Counted from the stretch's first letter, positions 34,823 through 45,334 are shown. The stretch: 64,000 nucleotides of DNA from an uncultured Staphylococcaceae bacterium (GCA_964386745.1 CAYLSZ010000002.1:1717-65716); one strand, 5' to 3'. The notes: generated by a model not told the origin, from the letters alone. A program made the numbers and translations.

Positions 34823-37258
34823 TTATTTTATAGATTCTTCATCCTTTTTAGTTAGATATTTAATGCCTTTAAAGAGTTTGCCATTAACTAAATATACCAA
34901 TCCTTGAGCTTGGTTATAGGATAACGTACCTCCACTAGCATTATAAGCGTTACGAATATTCATAGAACTATATGCTTTTAAAATTACATATGCACTCTTA
35001 TATTGGATGTTGTGTTGGATAGGATCTTTAATTTTCCTAGCCTTTTTCATTGCTCTTTTTGCATATATACGAACAGCTAATTTGAGAATTTTAGCCATAA
35101 AAGTGTTCATATATTCGATTGACGTTTCCATATCATAAGGTTTTTTAGGTTTAACGAAGTCTATGAATTTATAGTCAAGGATATCTTTAAATTGTTCGTC
35201 GGTTATAGTTAATAAATCGTTTGGATTTGAGTATAAATTTTTAATATTGGCAGGTAATTCCTCTATCGTTTCGCCTTTAATTTCAACCTCAACCTCGCTT
35301 ATCGAGTCATGAGCATTCTTTGCTAAAACGAAAATATATTTTTCATCCTCAAGCACAAATTTCTTACGACTTAAGTCATAAGATTTAAGGTCATCAAAAT
35401 CTATTTTAACTTCAATTTCTTTCATTTCATGGGGGTTCTGCAGGGTTTTTCCAAATTTTACGAGGTTTTTTATAGGTCTATAGGTCTTGCTATCAGGCTT
35501 TTTAACATAGATTTGGTAGACCTCTTTACCTGCTATATCACTAACGTTTTCTATATTAAATCTAGCAACAACTTTATCTTCCTTTACATCAACTTTAAAA
35601 TCGCTATATTTAAATTCACTATAACTTAAGCCGTATCCAAACGGAAAATTAACCTCTTTATTTACGCTTTCATAATATCTATATCCAACATAAATCGATT
35701 CTTTATATAACTCATTCGTATTCTTGGTGAATTCATTACCAAATGGCACATCTTTATAATCTTTAACCCACGTTTCACTAAGTCTTCCACTAAAATTGTT
35801 GTATCCAAATAAAAGTTTGTATAAACCTTCTCCGATAGCTTCTCCACTTAGACCCATATAAACAAGTGCATCGATTTTATCTAAATGTGGAATAGTCACA
35901 CTACTTCCACCATTTAATATAAATATGATTGGTTTACCTAAAGCAACTAATATATCAAGCAACTCAATTTCACTTTTTGGTAAATCCATAGTTGGTCGAT
36001 CAAAACCTTCGCTTTCAATAAAATCGGTTTGACCGCCAAAAAAGAGTATATAGTCATAGTTTTGAACTATCTTTTTAATCTTCTTAACATCTTTTTTAAT
36101 AAGTTTATCGCTTTCGAGATAACCTTTTATATACGTATAGTCGATACTATTCTCATCGAATGCCATTTTATAGGTCTTTAGATAAGATGGATTTAACAAA
36201 CTCGAACCATTTCCTTGGTAGCGACATTGTTCAAATAAATCACCAACTACTAAAAGTTTCTTATCTTGTTTTAAAGGCAATATGTTGTTTTCATTCTTTA
36301 ATAAAACGGCCGAATCAATAACAGCTTCTAAAGCGACTTTGTAATTTTCTTTAAACACTTCTTCAGTTTGCTCTTCTTTTTCTACTAATACATAGTCATT
36401 TATAAAAGATAGGACTCTTTCTACGGATTTATTTAGTGTTTCTAAACTCACAGTTCCATCTTTAACGGCTTTAATCAATATTTCGGTGTTGTGCTTCACA
36501 TTTCCCGGAGTTTCTATATCGTTTCCAGCGTTTAAAGATTTATCTCTATTGACCATGCCACCCCAATCAGTCATCAAAAACCCTTCAAAACCAGCTTCAC
36601 CCCTTAAAAACCCATTAATAAGTTCTTTATTCTCTGACATATGAACGCCATTTACTTTGTTATACGAACTCATAAATGTTGCAGGTTTTGATTTCTTACA
36701 AACAATTTCGTATGGTTTTAAATAAATTTCATGTAGGGCTTTGTCATCAATAATCGAGTCGCTAGCATGACGATTCTTTTCGCAGTTATTAGCTAAATAA
36801 TGTTTGACACTAACGCCAACTTTTTGATCTTGAACCCCGTTTATATAAGCGCTAGCTAAAACTCCATCTAAATATGGGTCTTCACTTAAATATTCAAAGT
36901 TTCTTCCACATAATGGGTTTCTTTTTATGTTGATTGCTGGTCCTAATAATATGTGTTTGTTGTAATAAATACATTCTTTAGCAATGGCTTGACCAACTTT
37001 ATAAAATAATTCTTCATCAAAACTACAAGATAAGATACTTCCAGTAGGAAAAACAGTCGATTTCACTTTACTACTAAATGGCGTATTGTCGTTTTCTAAA
37101 ACTGTCCTTACTCCGTTTGGTCCATCAGTTAAATTGATCGATGGAATGTTTAATCTAGGAATATCATATGTTGAAAATTGAGTTTTCCCACCAAGTAAAT
37201 GGCGCTTTTCTTCAATTGTTAACTCTTCTAATGCTCTCTTTATATCAACCTTTTCCAT
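34823..37258 (-). CDS. glycoside hydrolase family 3 (beta-glucosidase/BglX-like)
   Basis: 811 aa. GH3 N-terminal domain (LTDGPNGVR, KHY, MTDWGG), C-terminal sandwich and Fn3-like domain. No signal peptide. Confidence 0.85.
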   Translation of the reverse strand: MEKVDIKRALEELTIEEKRHLLGGKTQFSTYDIPRLNIPSINLTDGPNGVRTVLENDNTPFSSKVKSTVFPTGSILSCSFDEELFYKVGQAIAKECIYYNKHILLGPAINIKRNPLCGRNFEYLSEDPYLDGVLASAYINGVQDQKVGVSVKHYLANNCEKNRHASDSIIDDKALHEIYLKPYEIVCKKSKPATFMSSYNKVNGVHMSENKELINGFLRGEAGFEGFLMTDWGGMVNRDKSLNAGNDIETPGNVKHNTEILIKAVKDGTVSLETLNKSVERVLSFINDYVLVEKEEQTEEVFKENYKVALEAVIDSAVLLKNENNILPLKQDKKLLVVGDLFEQCRYQGNGSSLLNPSYLKTYKMAFDENSIDYTYIKGYLESDKLIKKDVKKIKKIVQNYDYILFFGGQTDFIESEGFDRPTMDLPKSEIELLDILVALGKPIIFILNGGSSVTIPHLDKIDALVYMGLSGEAIGEGLYKLLFGYNNFSGRLSETWVKDYKDVPFGNEFTKNTNELYKESIYVGYRYYESVNKEVNFPFGYGLSYSEFKYSDFKVDVKEDKVVARFNIENVSDIAGKEVYQIYVKKPDSKTYRPIKNLVKFGKTLQNPHEMKEIEVKIDFDDLKSYDLSRKKFVLEDEKYIFVLAKNAHDSISEVEVEIKGETIEELPANIKNLYSNPNDLLTITDEQFKDILDYKFIDFVKPKKPYDMETSIEYMNTFMAKILKLAVRIYAKRAMKKARKIKDPIQHNIQYKSAYVILKAYSSMNIRNAYNASGGTLSYNQAQGLVYLVNGKLFKGIKYLTKKDEESIK

Positions 37259-37340
37259 AATTGCCCTATCAATTACTAATATTATACTAGATATAAAAGC
37301 GGCGATTTATAAAAAATTAACATGTATTTTAATAAACGAA

Positions 37341-37404
37341 ATTAATAAAAATCGCAAAAAATAGTGGAGTTCTGCAGGGTTTTTCTTATAAAACGGCGAT
37401 TTTT
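37341..37404 (-). repeat. CTGCAG-core dispersed repeat, full-length copy
   Basis: The reverse complement reads TAAAATCGCCGTTTTATAAGAAAAACCCTGCAGAACTCCACTATTTTTTGCGATTTTTATTAAT. Confidence 0.85.
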
Positions 37405-37508
37405 AATAATATATAACCACTTGTCAAATATTAATAAATCTAATTTTTGTTGCCAATAATTATTATCGCCTTTACAATGGCGCTATCTTTTTCATGGAGG
37501 TACTTTAT

Positions 37509-39890
37509 ATGAAAAAAAGAAAATTGCTTTTGCTTTTGCCACTTTTAGCCCTTGGGCTTGTTAGTTGCGAAGGCACTGAAGAGCCGGTTGTCGATCCCGA
37601 TCCGGTAGAGGAACCTGTCGATGACGATCCAGTAGTTGATGATGATCCTGTTATCGACGACGACCCTATTGTTGACGATGATCCAGTAATCGATGATGAC
37701 CCAATTGATGACGACGATCCTGTAGTCGATGATGACCCAGTTGGCGACGATCCTATTGATGAACCTGAAGTGACTAATCACGAACCAGCTATTGAAGCTT
37801 TAAAAGGTTTAGAATCGGTTGCTATCAAGGGCGCCTATTCTTCTGCAGCAACTTACTATAAGGACACAGATTACGAAGAAGAAGGTGCAAAGTATACATA
37901 TGAAACTTCTGGTATTTATACTAGTGAATACGTTTGGGCTTATCATAGTTATGAAGGAAATGGATATGAAAGCGAAACTGTTGTCGTTAATAAAGATGGT
38001 TTAGCTGCAACTGAATCTCTTAATAGACATAACGAAGTCGAATGGGAAATATTAACTGATGATTCTACTGGGGATCAAATTGTTTATACCGATAAATATT
38101 ATCAACCATTCACATATGTCACTACTGAAAACTCTACTTGGGATGAAAATACATCGACTCTTTCTATAGATACAGCTAGTGTCGAAGATGGGTTAACCTT
38201 ATTCGATGAACTCTTTAATGATGATATGTATGATCCTGTTACGTTGGTTATAGGATTTACTAGCGATCTCACTCCTTCTACCGTCACGTTCCACGATGAA
38301 TATGATTATTATTCAACTTGGTATACTAGAGAATACGAAGGTGAATTTGTTGAAGTTTCTGAACTTGAAGGAAACGTCACTCGCGCTACTCCTTATGATA
38401 CTTATGATGAAGCTTCTGGTCTTGAAGCTATTTTAGAAACCTTACAAAATGCAGAAAGTTATACCGTTAGGGTAAAAGGTTATGAAAATTATATTTACGC
38501 ATATCTTGATAAAGATGTCGGCGTTGTTTCATTCCACTATACTAGCATGGTATTAAAAGGAACTTTACAAGTAGATGATGATAGCTATGTCAATTTCGAA
38601 GATGTTTCTGGTAGTGCTGTTAATGCAACTAGCGGAAATATAAAAGGCAATGCTTACGATGCATATTTTGCTTCTGGATCTAGCGGAATGACTCCTGATT
38701 ACGATGTCGCTCCTGAAATGTTTAATTATGAAGGTGTAGATGATAGCGGCAATGCAGTCTATGGAATTAAATTAGAACTTGGAACATCCTTATATCCATA
38801 TCTTCTTCCAGCTTATCCAATGGCAGAAGAAACTTATGGAAGAGGCAGCATGGTAAATGGCTATAGAGAAGTCTACATTGGTGGCGATACATCTACTGAT
38901 TTAACTACTGTTTACTATCGTTTACAAATCTCAGGAACTACAACCAATCCTGAAATGACGTTTAGTTATGAAACTACTGATGGTGATATATACACAAATA
39001 CAATAGTTTTCAGTGATATTAATAGCACAACTATTCCATATACTAGCGTTAACTATCCATCTTCATGGAGTGGAATATTAGGCGATACTACTGACCTTGA
39101 TGCTATCTTAAACCAAGGCACATCAGGTAATTTAACTTTCGATAGAGATATTCCATATATCCTTTGGGAAGATAATGCTTGGACATTAGATCAAGTTTAT
39201 ACATCATCCACCGCTGTCGATTTATATTTATATGGTGGAAGTTATGACGAAGTTACTTCAATGCTTGATGAATATAAAACAACATTAACAACTGCTAGTT
39301 GGAGCATTGAAAATACTAATGAAAGCGATACAAATCAAACCGCAACACTTAAGAATTCAGACGGAACTATTGGTATAATGCTTGAAGCTCAAATATATAC
39401 ATATTACGGTAATACATACTACTTCTTCGATGTTTATGTATATGGCTTAACTGGTGATTATGAAACATTAATCACTAACTTAGCAGGCGCAGAAACTGTT
39501 GCTGAGTACGAAAGTGAATCACAAGCTTCGGTAGACTTAGAAACAATTGGTGATGTGTTCCCTTATGTCAATCCTTATTTAGGATTCTATAGTTATTTAG
39601 TCTTATATACTTCATCTGACTATTCAACATTCAATTGGGCTCTTACATATCAACTTCTCACTTCATCAAGTTCAATACAAACATATATCGACGAATTATA
39701 TGAAGAAGTAAATCCAATCTATACTGAAGCTGGTTGGACATGTGTTGAATCAACATATGGTAGTAGAACGATTTATACATGGAGTTGGACTGACGAAACA
39801 ACTGAAACTACTTACTCGCTTCAAGCATCATGGACAACTAATTATTATTACTACTGGGTCTTCTTAATGTTCTCTGCTGAAGCAGCATAA
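37509..39890 (+). CDS. large surface lipoprotein with an acidic DDDPV-repeat linker, function unknown
   Basis: Start at MKKRKLL (GGAGG upstream). Lipobox LGLVSC. 793 aa, Thr/Tyr/Asp-rich. Confidence 0.75.
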   Translation: MKKRKLLLLLPLLALGLVSCEGTEEPVVDPDPVEEPVDDDPVVDDDPVIDDDPIVDDDPVIDDDPIDDDDPVVDDDPVGDDPIDEPEVTNHEPAIEALKGLESVAIKGAYSSAATYYKDTDYEEEGAKYTYETSGIYTSEYVWAYHSYEGNGYESETVVVNKDGLAATESLNRHNEVEWEILTDDSTGDQIVYTDKYYQPFTYVTTENSTWDENTSTLSIDTASVEDGLTLFDELFNDDMYDPVTLVIGFTSDLTPSTVTFHDEYDYYSTWYTREYEGEFVEVSELEGNVTRATPYDTYDEASGLEAILETLQNAESYTVRVKGYENYIYAYLDKDVGVVSFHYTSMVLKGTLQVDDDSYVNFEDVSGSAVNATSGNIKGNAYDAYFASGSSGMTPDYDVAPEMFNYEGVDDSGNAVYGIKLELGTSLYPYLLPAYPMAEETYGRGSMVNGYREVYIGGDTSTDLTTVYYRLQISGTTTNPEMTFSYETTDGDIYTNTIVFSDINSTTIPYTSVNYPSSWSGILGDTTDLDAILNQGTSGNLTFDRDIPYILWEDNAWTLDQVYTSSTAVDLYLYGGSYDEVTSMLDEYKTTLTTASWSIENTNESDTNQTATLKNSDGTIGIMLEAQIYTYYGNTYYFFDVYVYGLTGDYETLITNLAGAETVAEYESESQASVDLETIGDVFPYVNPYLGFYSYLVLYTSSDYSTFNWALTYQLLTSSSSIQTYIDELYEEVNPIYTEAGWTCVESTYGSRTIYTWSWTDETTETTYSLQASWTTNYYYYWVFLMFSAEAA
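37585..37765 (+). repeat. tandem 18-bp (6-aa) coding repeat, about 8 units, P-V/I-x-D-D-D
   Basis: PVVDDD PVIDDD PIVDDD PVIDDD PIDDDD PVVDDD PVGDD, read from the translation and the DNA. Confidence 0.85.
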
Positions 39891-39962
39891 TAAAATTCAC
39901 TTTCTAAAATTTTATCAAGGTTTTGCAAGGTTTTTACGAAACACATAATTTCCAATTAAAAA

Positions 39963-40015
39963 CCCCGCTTTTTACAAAAAGAGCGGGGTTCTGCAGGGTT
40001 TTGTTCGCAAAACCC
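39963..40015. terminator. compound hairpin region between convergent genes, incorporating a repeat core
   Basis: CCCCGCTTTTT-AC-AAAAAGAGCGGGG, then GGTTCTGCAGGGTTTT, and GGGTTTTGTTCGCAAAACCC. Confidence 0.65.
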
Positions 40016-40016
40016 T

Positions 40017-41600
40017 TTATTTTTTGGTCATTAAATCTCTGATATAAGCGATATCTTCTTCACCTAAACGAGGGAAAAGATTATTAAGTTTTGTAACCTT
40101 CTTTTCATTCAATAATTCAGGTTTTAAAACGTTATTATAATCGTTTTCTTCATCGCTAATTCCTAACGATTTAATAGCATCATTTGCCTTATTAACAAGG
40201 GTTGGTTTAAGCAAAATCGAAGCATTGAAAATAATATAAGAGAGAGTATTCATTACAACTTCTAGCTCGCTAGTTTTACCTTCTTTAGCTAAAGTCCAAG
40301 GAGCACTCGTTTCGATATATTTATTAGCTTTATTTAATAAATCCATAATAGCAATATGGGCTTCAGTAATCTTTAAATCAGCCATATTTTCGTTATAGAT
40401 ACTTATAGTTTTTTCTACTTCTTTTCTTAATTCTTTTGAAAGTTCAGCTTCATCACTTTCATTATAGTTAGGAATAACTCCATCAAAATATTTAATAATC
40501 ATCGAGGTAGTTCTACTAACTAAATTTCCATAATTATTAGCTAAATCTTGATTGATTCTTTCAACAAATTGTTCAGGAACAAATTGTCCATCTTGACCAA
40601 AAATTATTTCTCTAGCGTAATAATATCTAAGCGAATCTACTCCATATTTTTCGACTAATGGATATGGAGAAATAGTATTACCTTTAGATTTTGACATCTT
40701 ACCGTCTTTCATCATGAGTAACCCATGAACGAAGACTCTATCCGGATGACGAAGTCCTAATGCCGATAAAAATTGTGGCCAATATATAGCATGGAAACGA
40801 GTAATATCAGCACCAATTACATGAATAATTTCGCTTTCTTCATCTTCCCAATATTTTTTATATAAAGAATCGTCTTCACTTCTATAACCTAAAGCACTCA
40901 AATAGTTAATTAAAGCATCTAACCAAACATAAGCAACGTGCTTATCGTTTTCTAAAATAGGAACTCCCCAAGAAAATGTAGTTCTACTTACACATAAATC
41001 AGTAAGTCCTGGTTTAATAAAGTTATTTTCCATTTCGTGTTTACGACTAACTGGCGTAATCGAATTTTCTTTATTAAAAAAGGTATCAAGTTCTTTTAAA
41101 TATTTATTAGTTTTAAAGAAATAGCATTCTTCTTTTTCTTTTTGAACAGGTCGACCACAATCTGGACATAAATGACCTTCTAAAAGTTGCGATTCAGTCC
41201 AAAAAGATTCGCAAGGGGTACAATACCAACCTTCATACGATCCTAAATAGACGTCTTCTTGTTTTATGAAGTCACTAAATACACTTTGAACTACTTTAAT
41301 ATGTCTATCTTGAGTGGTTCTAATAAAATCGTCGTTAGTAAGTTCCATCGCTTTCCATAAATTTTGGAAATCTCCGGCGATCTCATCTACATATTGTTGA
41401 GGGGTTTTATTCGAGGCTTTGGCATTTTTTTCGATTTTCATTCCATGCTCATCAGTACCCGTAAGGAAAAAGCATTCTTCATGTCTATTTCTTCTAAATC
41501 TAGCATATATATCGCACATTGTTGAACAATATGCATGTCCGATATGTGGATTTCCACTTGGGTAATAAATTGGCGTAGTAATGTAAAATCTTTTCTTCAT
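40017..41600 (-). CDS. metG: methionine--tRNA ligase
   Basis: 527 aa. HIGH-type PHIGHAY and KMSKS. Zn knuckle CPDCG. Confidence 0.95.
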   Translation of the reverse strand: MKKRFYITTPIYYPSGNPHIGHAYCSTMCDIYARFRRNRHEECFFLTGTDEHGMKIEKNAKASNKTPQQYVDEIAGDFQNLWKAMELTNDDFIRTTQDRHIKVVQSVFSDFIKQEDVYLGSYEGWYCTPCESFWTESQLLEGHLCPDCGRPVQKEKEECYFFKTNKYLKELDTFFNKENSITPVSRKHEMENNFIKPGLTDLCVSRTTFSWGVPILENDKHVAYVWLDALINYLSALGYRSEDDSLYKKYWEDEESEIIHVIGADITRFHAIYWPQFLSALGLRHPDRVFVHGLLMMKDGKMSKSKGNTISPYPLVEKYGVDSLRYYYAREIIFGQDGQFVPEQFVERINQDLANNYGNLVSRTTSMIIKYFDGVIPNYNESDEAELSKELRKEVEKTISIYNENMADLKITEAHIAIMDLLNKANKYIETSAPWTLAKEGKTSELEVVMNTLSYIIFNASILLKPTLVNKANDAIKSLGISDEENDYNNVLKPELLNEKKVTKLNNLFPRLGEEDIAYIRDLMTKK

Positions 41601-41651
41601 AATTAACCTCTTTCAATATTATAAATATTAAACTTTTCTAATTAAAGAAAT

Positions 41652-41676
41652 AAAAACCTCTCAATTGAGAGGTTTG
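41652..41676 (-). terminator. terminator after rpmE
   Basis: AAACCTCTC-AATT-GAGAGGTTT with a T-run on the minus strand. Confidence 0.8.
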
Positions 41677-41686
41677 ATTTAGTTCA

Positions 41687-41896
41687 TTATTTAACGTCTC
41701 TTTTATATTTTCTATTGAAACGAGCAACTTGACCATCGTTTTGAACAAATCTTTGTTTGCCAGTATAGAATGGGTGGCAATTGCTACAAGTATCGACACG
41801 AATTTCTTTTAATGTTGATTCGGTTTCAAATGTTGTACCGCAGGTAACACAAGTCACTTTACACGTTTGATATTTTGGGTGAATTCCTTCTTTCAT
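41687..41896 (-). CDS. rpmE: 50S ribosomal protein L31 (Zn-ribbon type A)
   Basis: MKEGIHPKY...CxxC...[10 protein letters not shown]. Confidence 0.95.
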   Translation of the reverse strand: MKEGIHPKYQTCKVTCVTCGTTFETESTLKEIRVDTCSNCHPFYTGKQRFVQNDGQVARFNRKYKRDVK

Positions 41897-42041
41897 ATTC
41901 TTTACTCCTTCCGCCTTGATTTACTGTTTCTTCAATCAAAGAAAGCATGGTTAATTATAGTGAAATAAAGGCTATTAGACAAGTGTCAATTTTCGCATAA
42001 ATCGGCTATTTTCGATGCTTTATAATAGAAAATTACTTATC

Positions 42042-42686
42042 TCACTCCTCTTTATCAACATTATTTACATCATCAACATCTATCAAATCATTATTTTGAT
42101 TGGTTGATGTATTCATATTCTCAATAATTTCATTTAATGCTTCCATGTTTTGTAAATGTATTTTTCTATTTCGCTCTTTCTTTCCGATTCTATTAAAACC
42201 TCTATCAATCGCAATATTTATGAAAATCCAATATAAAATAGTCAACGGTAGAAAAATAACAAAATAATAAAGAGCAAAAACCCTTGCTCCATAACTGCCA
42301 TCTTCATAAACTTTAAAAGTTGTATTGAAATAAGCCGAGATACATTCACAAAAAATTAGTACGTAATTTATTGGATAAATTACCCAAAAATACCACCTTT
42401 TTTTAAATAATTTGTATTTATCAAAAACCCAGAATTGTTTTAAAAATAAAATAAGAGTAAGCGCTAAAAAAACTAATTCAATATAAAACACTGACCTAGC
42501 AACTATATGGTCAAAATTATATCCAACCATAGTTGCAAGAAAACCAATCGCCATCCCAAACGGAATAAATAAATTGTCGCGCATTACAACATAGCTTCTA
42601 GCTCTTGGATTTTCTATGTTGTAAATATTTTCAACATTTAAAAACTTCGTGTAAAAAGGACGTTTTTCTTTTTTAGAATTGTTCAT
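42042..42686 (-). CDS. 4-TM membrane protein, cassette family member P1
   Basis: 214 aa. Shares PFYTKF-N-EN, KYKLFKK--YFW and SAYFNTTF motifs and an acidic tail with 43871-44497, 44666-45334 and 45667-46380. The start lies inside the last 14 nt of the upstream gene. Confidence 0.7.
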   Translation of the reverse strand: MNNSKKEKRPFYTKFLNVENIYNIENPRARSYVVMRDNLFIPFGMAIGFLATMVGYNFDHIVARSVFYIELVFLALTLILFLKQFWVFDKYKLFKKRWYFWVIYPINYVLIFCECISAYFNTTFKVYEDGSYGARVFALYYFVIFLPLTILYWIFINIAIDRGFNRIGKKERNRKIHLQNMEALNEIIENMNTSTNQNNDLIDVDDVNNVDKEE

Positions 42687-43638
42687 TTACCCAATCCCGA
42701 TCGTACCAATGATATATTTTCCAGCCGATCCTATATCCTTTCTTTTGATAACCGCTAATATACACTCTTGTCATAACATAAAGAACGCTTAACACAAGAA
42801 CAGTAATAATCAATCCAAAGATAGCGCCCCAAATGTCACTAGTTGCAACTAATACAAAATCATCCCAAAAAGTTGCAAGGTGCGATTTAATAGTCTTAGC
42901 AACAACACTAAGTTCTATCGCTTGCGCAGGGAACATAGCTTTTAAAATTTGAATAATTGCAAGCGCATCTGCATAATAGGTTGCAACGTTATTAATAAAC
43001 GATGACAAAGTATTATAAAAAGATATGCACGTATCAGCATCAAATTCGAGTCCCAAGAATTTATAGTCATCAGATTTATAATTTATATTAACTGATGGTT
43101 CTATATCAGCAGATATCTCATAAATTGGTAAAAGATCTTCATCATCACTTGACGAAACATAACTACTATCTCCAGCTCTTGAATCATCGAATATTAAATA
43201 ACCTAAAGACTCATCATCTCCATCTTCTATAGGAGTGACTTTAGTTATGGTCTCATCAGTATTTATATCCCAGACACTAAAATCTCTTGTTATATCTAAA
43301 TCAATTAAACTTAAACTATTTGTTGCATAAATTAAATCTTCATCAATTACAGGATCGATTATTACATAAGAATCAATGCCAGTTGCTAATGCGCTTGCTA
43401 ATTCGCTATCGATAAGACCCAACTCTTGATTGAAATTCAATAAAGAAATTTTAAGCAAATCTTCTTGCTCTTCATCAGAAATTGATAAAACTTCTTCCGC
43501 ATCAAAATTTTGAGCATATTCACTGATTATCTCTTCAGAATTTTCATAAATATACTCTAACTTATTAGAAACCGTCACCTCTTGTAGACCACCCGATATT
43601 GAGGTTACGACTACGACAAAAAACGAGAACATTCCCAT
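42673..43638 (-). CDS. bitopic acidic protein (N-terminal and C-terminal TM), cassette partner P0, the only intact copy
   Basis: 321 aa. GGAGGTAGG RBS. N-terminus MGMFSFFVVVVTSISGG, Asp/Glu/Ser-rich middle, C-terminal TM plus the tail SGYQKKGYRIGWKIYHWYDRDWV. Confidence 0.65.
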   Translation of the reverse strand: MGMFSFFVVVVTSISGGLQEVTVSNKLEYIYENSEEIISEYAQNFDAEEVLSISDEEQEDLLKISLLNFNQELGLIDSELASALATGIDSYVIIDPVIDEDLIYATNSLSLIDLDITRDFSVWDINTDETITKVTPIEDGDDESLGYLIFDDSRAGDSSYVSSSDDEDLLPIYEISADIEPSVNINYKSDDYKFLGLEFDADTCISFYNTLSSFINNVATYYADALAIIQILKAMFPAQAIELSVVAKTIKSHLATFWDDFVLVATSDIWGAIFGLIITVLVLSVLYVMTRVYISGYQKKGYRIGWKIYHWYDRDWVNEQF

Positions 43639-43870
43639 ATATTCCTACCTCCTTATGTTAATTTCATTATAAGACGGAATTTAAAATTTTAAAGTAATTT
43701 TTAAAATTATTTTCGTATTCGAATTTTGTGTTGAACGATAAATAAAAACACTATCCCTACTAAATGAAACAAAGATTTCACAAAGGTCTGACTACATCAA
43801 AAACAATAGATTTTGTTACATTTTAATTGTCGCTTAACTCGAGTAAATATACCAATACAAAATTTAAAAC

Positions 43871-44497
43871 TTACTCCTCATCTATAAACTTCTTATCGTT
43901 ATAAATACCATTATCTTCATTCATAGACGCCGAGCAACTATCTTCGCTAGGAATTTCTACTCGCTTCTTCGCTTTTTCTAACTTATGCTCCTTGATAACG
44001 CTATCTTGAAAATACTTCAAGTGTGTATAGTGCATAAAAATTAGGTAAATAATTATTAATGGGAGGAATATAAATAAAAAATATACTGGGTTAATCTTAA
44101 CTTCAAATCCTTCATTCTCAAACGGGGTAACCACAGTATTAAAGCAAGCCGAAATAAGTTCACCGATTAATAAGACGTAATTGATTGAGTATATTAGCCA
44201 AAAATATTTTTCTTTCTTGAATAATTTATATTTTTTTATGAACCTATACTGCTTAACTAGTTGCCAAACCGAACGAAAAATTGAATATAAAATAAATACG
44301 AACATGCAAATAGTGAAAACAAGACCGAAATTAAATCCAACAATAGTTGCAACTAATCCGGCCCCATTAGCATAAATGACGAAAAATATCGCTCTCCACA
44401 CGAAACGATCTTTTTCTTTCGATGTAGCGATCTTATCGACATTCTCTACATTGATAATCTTGGCGTAAAAACGAGGCTTTTTAGCATCAGTCGTCAT
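43871..44497 (-). CDS. 4-TM membrane protein, cassette family member P2
   Basis: 208 aa paralogue. Its ATG overlaps the stop of the upstream stub (ATGA). Confidence 0.7.
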   Translation of the reverse strand: MTTDAKKPRFYAKIINVENVDKIATSKEKDRFVWRAIFFVIYANGAGLVATIVGFNFGLVFTICMFVFILYSIFRSVWQLVKQYRFIKKYKLFKKEKYFWLIYSINYVLLIGELISACFNTVVTPFENEGFEVKINPVYFLFIFLPLIIIYLIFMHYTHLKYFQDSVIKEHKLEKAKKRVEIPSEDSCSASMNEDNGIYNDKKFIDEE

Positions 44498-44607
44498 TCA
44501 CAAACCCATCTCCAATCAAGCAAACCATGAACTTCCCATCCAATTCTAAAACCTTTATTTTGATAACCGCATATAAACATATAAACAATATATAAAACCG
44601 GCTTCAT
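44494..44607 (-). pseudogene. C-terminal stub of a P0-type partner gene
   Basis: My translation MKPVLYIVYMFICGYQNKGFRIGWEVHGLLDWRWVCE is homologous to the P0 C-terminus. No RBS. Confidence 0.6.
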
Positions 44608-44665
44608 GTCATTTAAGGCAATCTTTATTTTTAACTCGCTCTAACAATGTTTGATAATAAAAAAC

Positions 44666-45334
44666 TCATTCCTCTTTATCTTTATCGGTAAAATCGTCGA
44701 TTCCTTTATCTTCTTCATCCTCTCTATAAAATGAGTTCATATCTTCGATAATTTCCTTATGCTCCTTAACCATCGCGGCATATTTCTTTTCTTTTTTTGT
44801 AGTCATTTCGCGAATGCCTTTATTCACTGTATATTCCAGTAAAATCAAATATAAAACTATTAATGGAATGAATATAAAAATATAGTAAAGAGGATTTATA
44901 TGCGTCGACCATTTACCGTTATCATAAATTTCAAAAGTCGTGTTAAAGTAGGCAGATACGCATATAGCTGCAAGCAATACATAATTTAATAAATATATAA
45001 ACCAAAAATATCTCTCTTTTTTAAATATTTTATATTTGTGTATCACTAAAAATTGCTTTACGAGTAATATCAGAGAGCCAATAACTAATAGAGCTTCAAC
45101 AACAAAAGTAGCTATAGCGTACGCATGTTCGAAATTAAATCCGATTGTGGTCGCAATAGCTCCGGCGAATTGAGCTAAAATCACGAAAAAAGAACCACGC
45201 AAAGGAATACGAAGTATTTTTTTATCGTCTTCCAAATTTAAAACATTCTCTTGGTTTATAAATTTAGTATATAAAGGTGGTTTTTCTTCCTTGTATTTGC
45301 TCATTTCTCTTTTTTTAACTTCCGTATTTAACAT
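44666..45334 (-). CDS. 4-TM membrane protein, cassette family member P3
   Basis: 222 aa paralogue. Comparison with the other paralogues suggests the real start may be MSKYKEEK at 45304. Confidence 0.7.
   Translation of the reverse strand: MLNTEVKKREMSKYKEEKPPLYTKFINQENVLNLEDDKKILRIPLRGSFFVILAQFAGAIATTIGFNFEHAYAIATFVVEALLVIGSLILLVKQFLVIHKYKIFKKERYFWFIYLLNYVLLAAICVSAYFNTTFEIYDNGKWSTHINPLYYIFIFIPLIVLYLILLEYTVNKGIREMTTKKEKKYAAMVKEHKEIIEDMNSFYREDEEDKGIDDFTDKDKEE

Noticed and set aside
37585-37765. CRISPR-like regular repeats
   Set aside because: The 18-bp periodicity is a translated acidic peptide repeat inside a lipoprotein ORF. There are no spacers and no cas genes anywhere in the window.
37545-37781. 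78-aa minus-strand ORF, and 56453-56694 ORFs on both strands
   Set aside because: These are artefacts of the GAT/GAC-rich acidic-linker repeats, which stay open in several frames. The lipoprotein frames carry signal peptides and lipoboxes.
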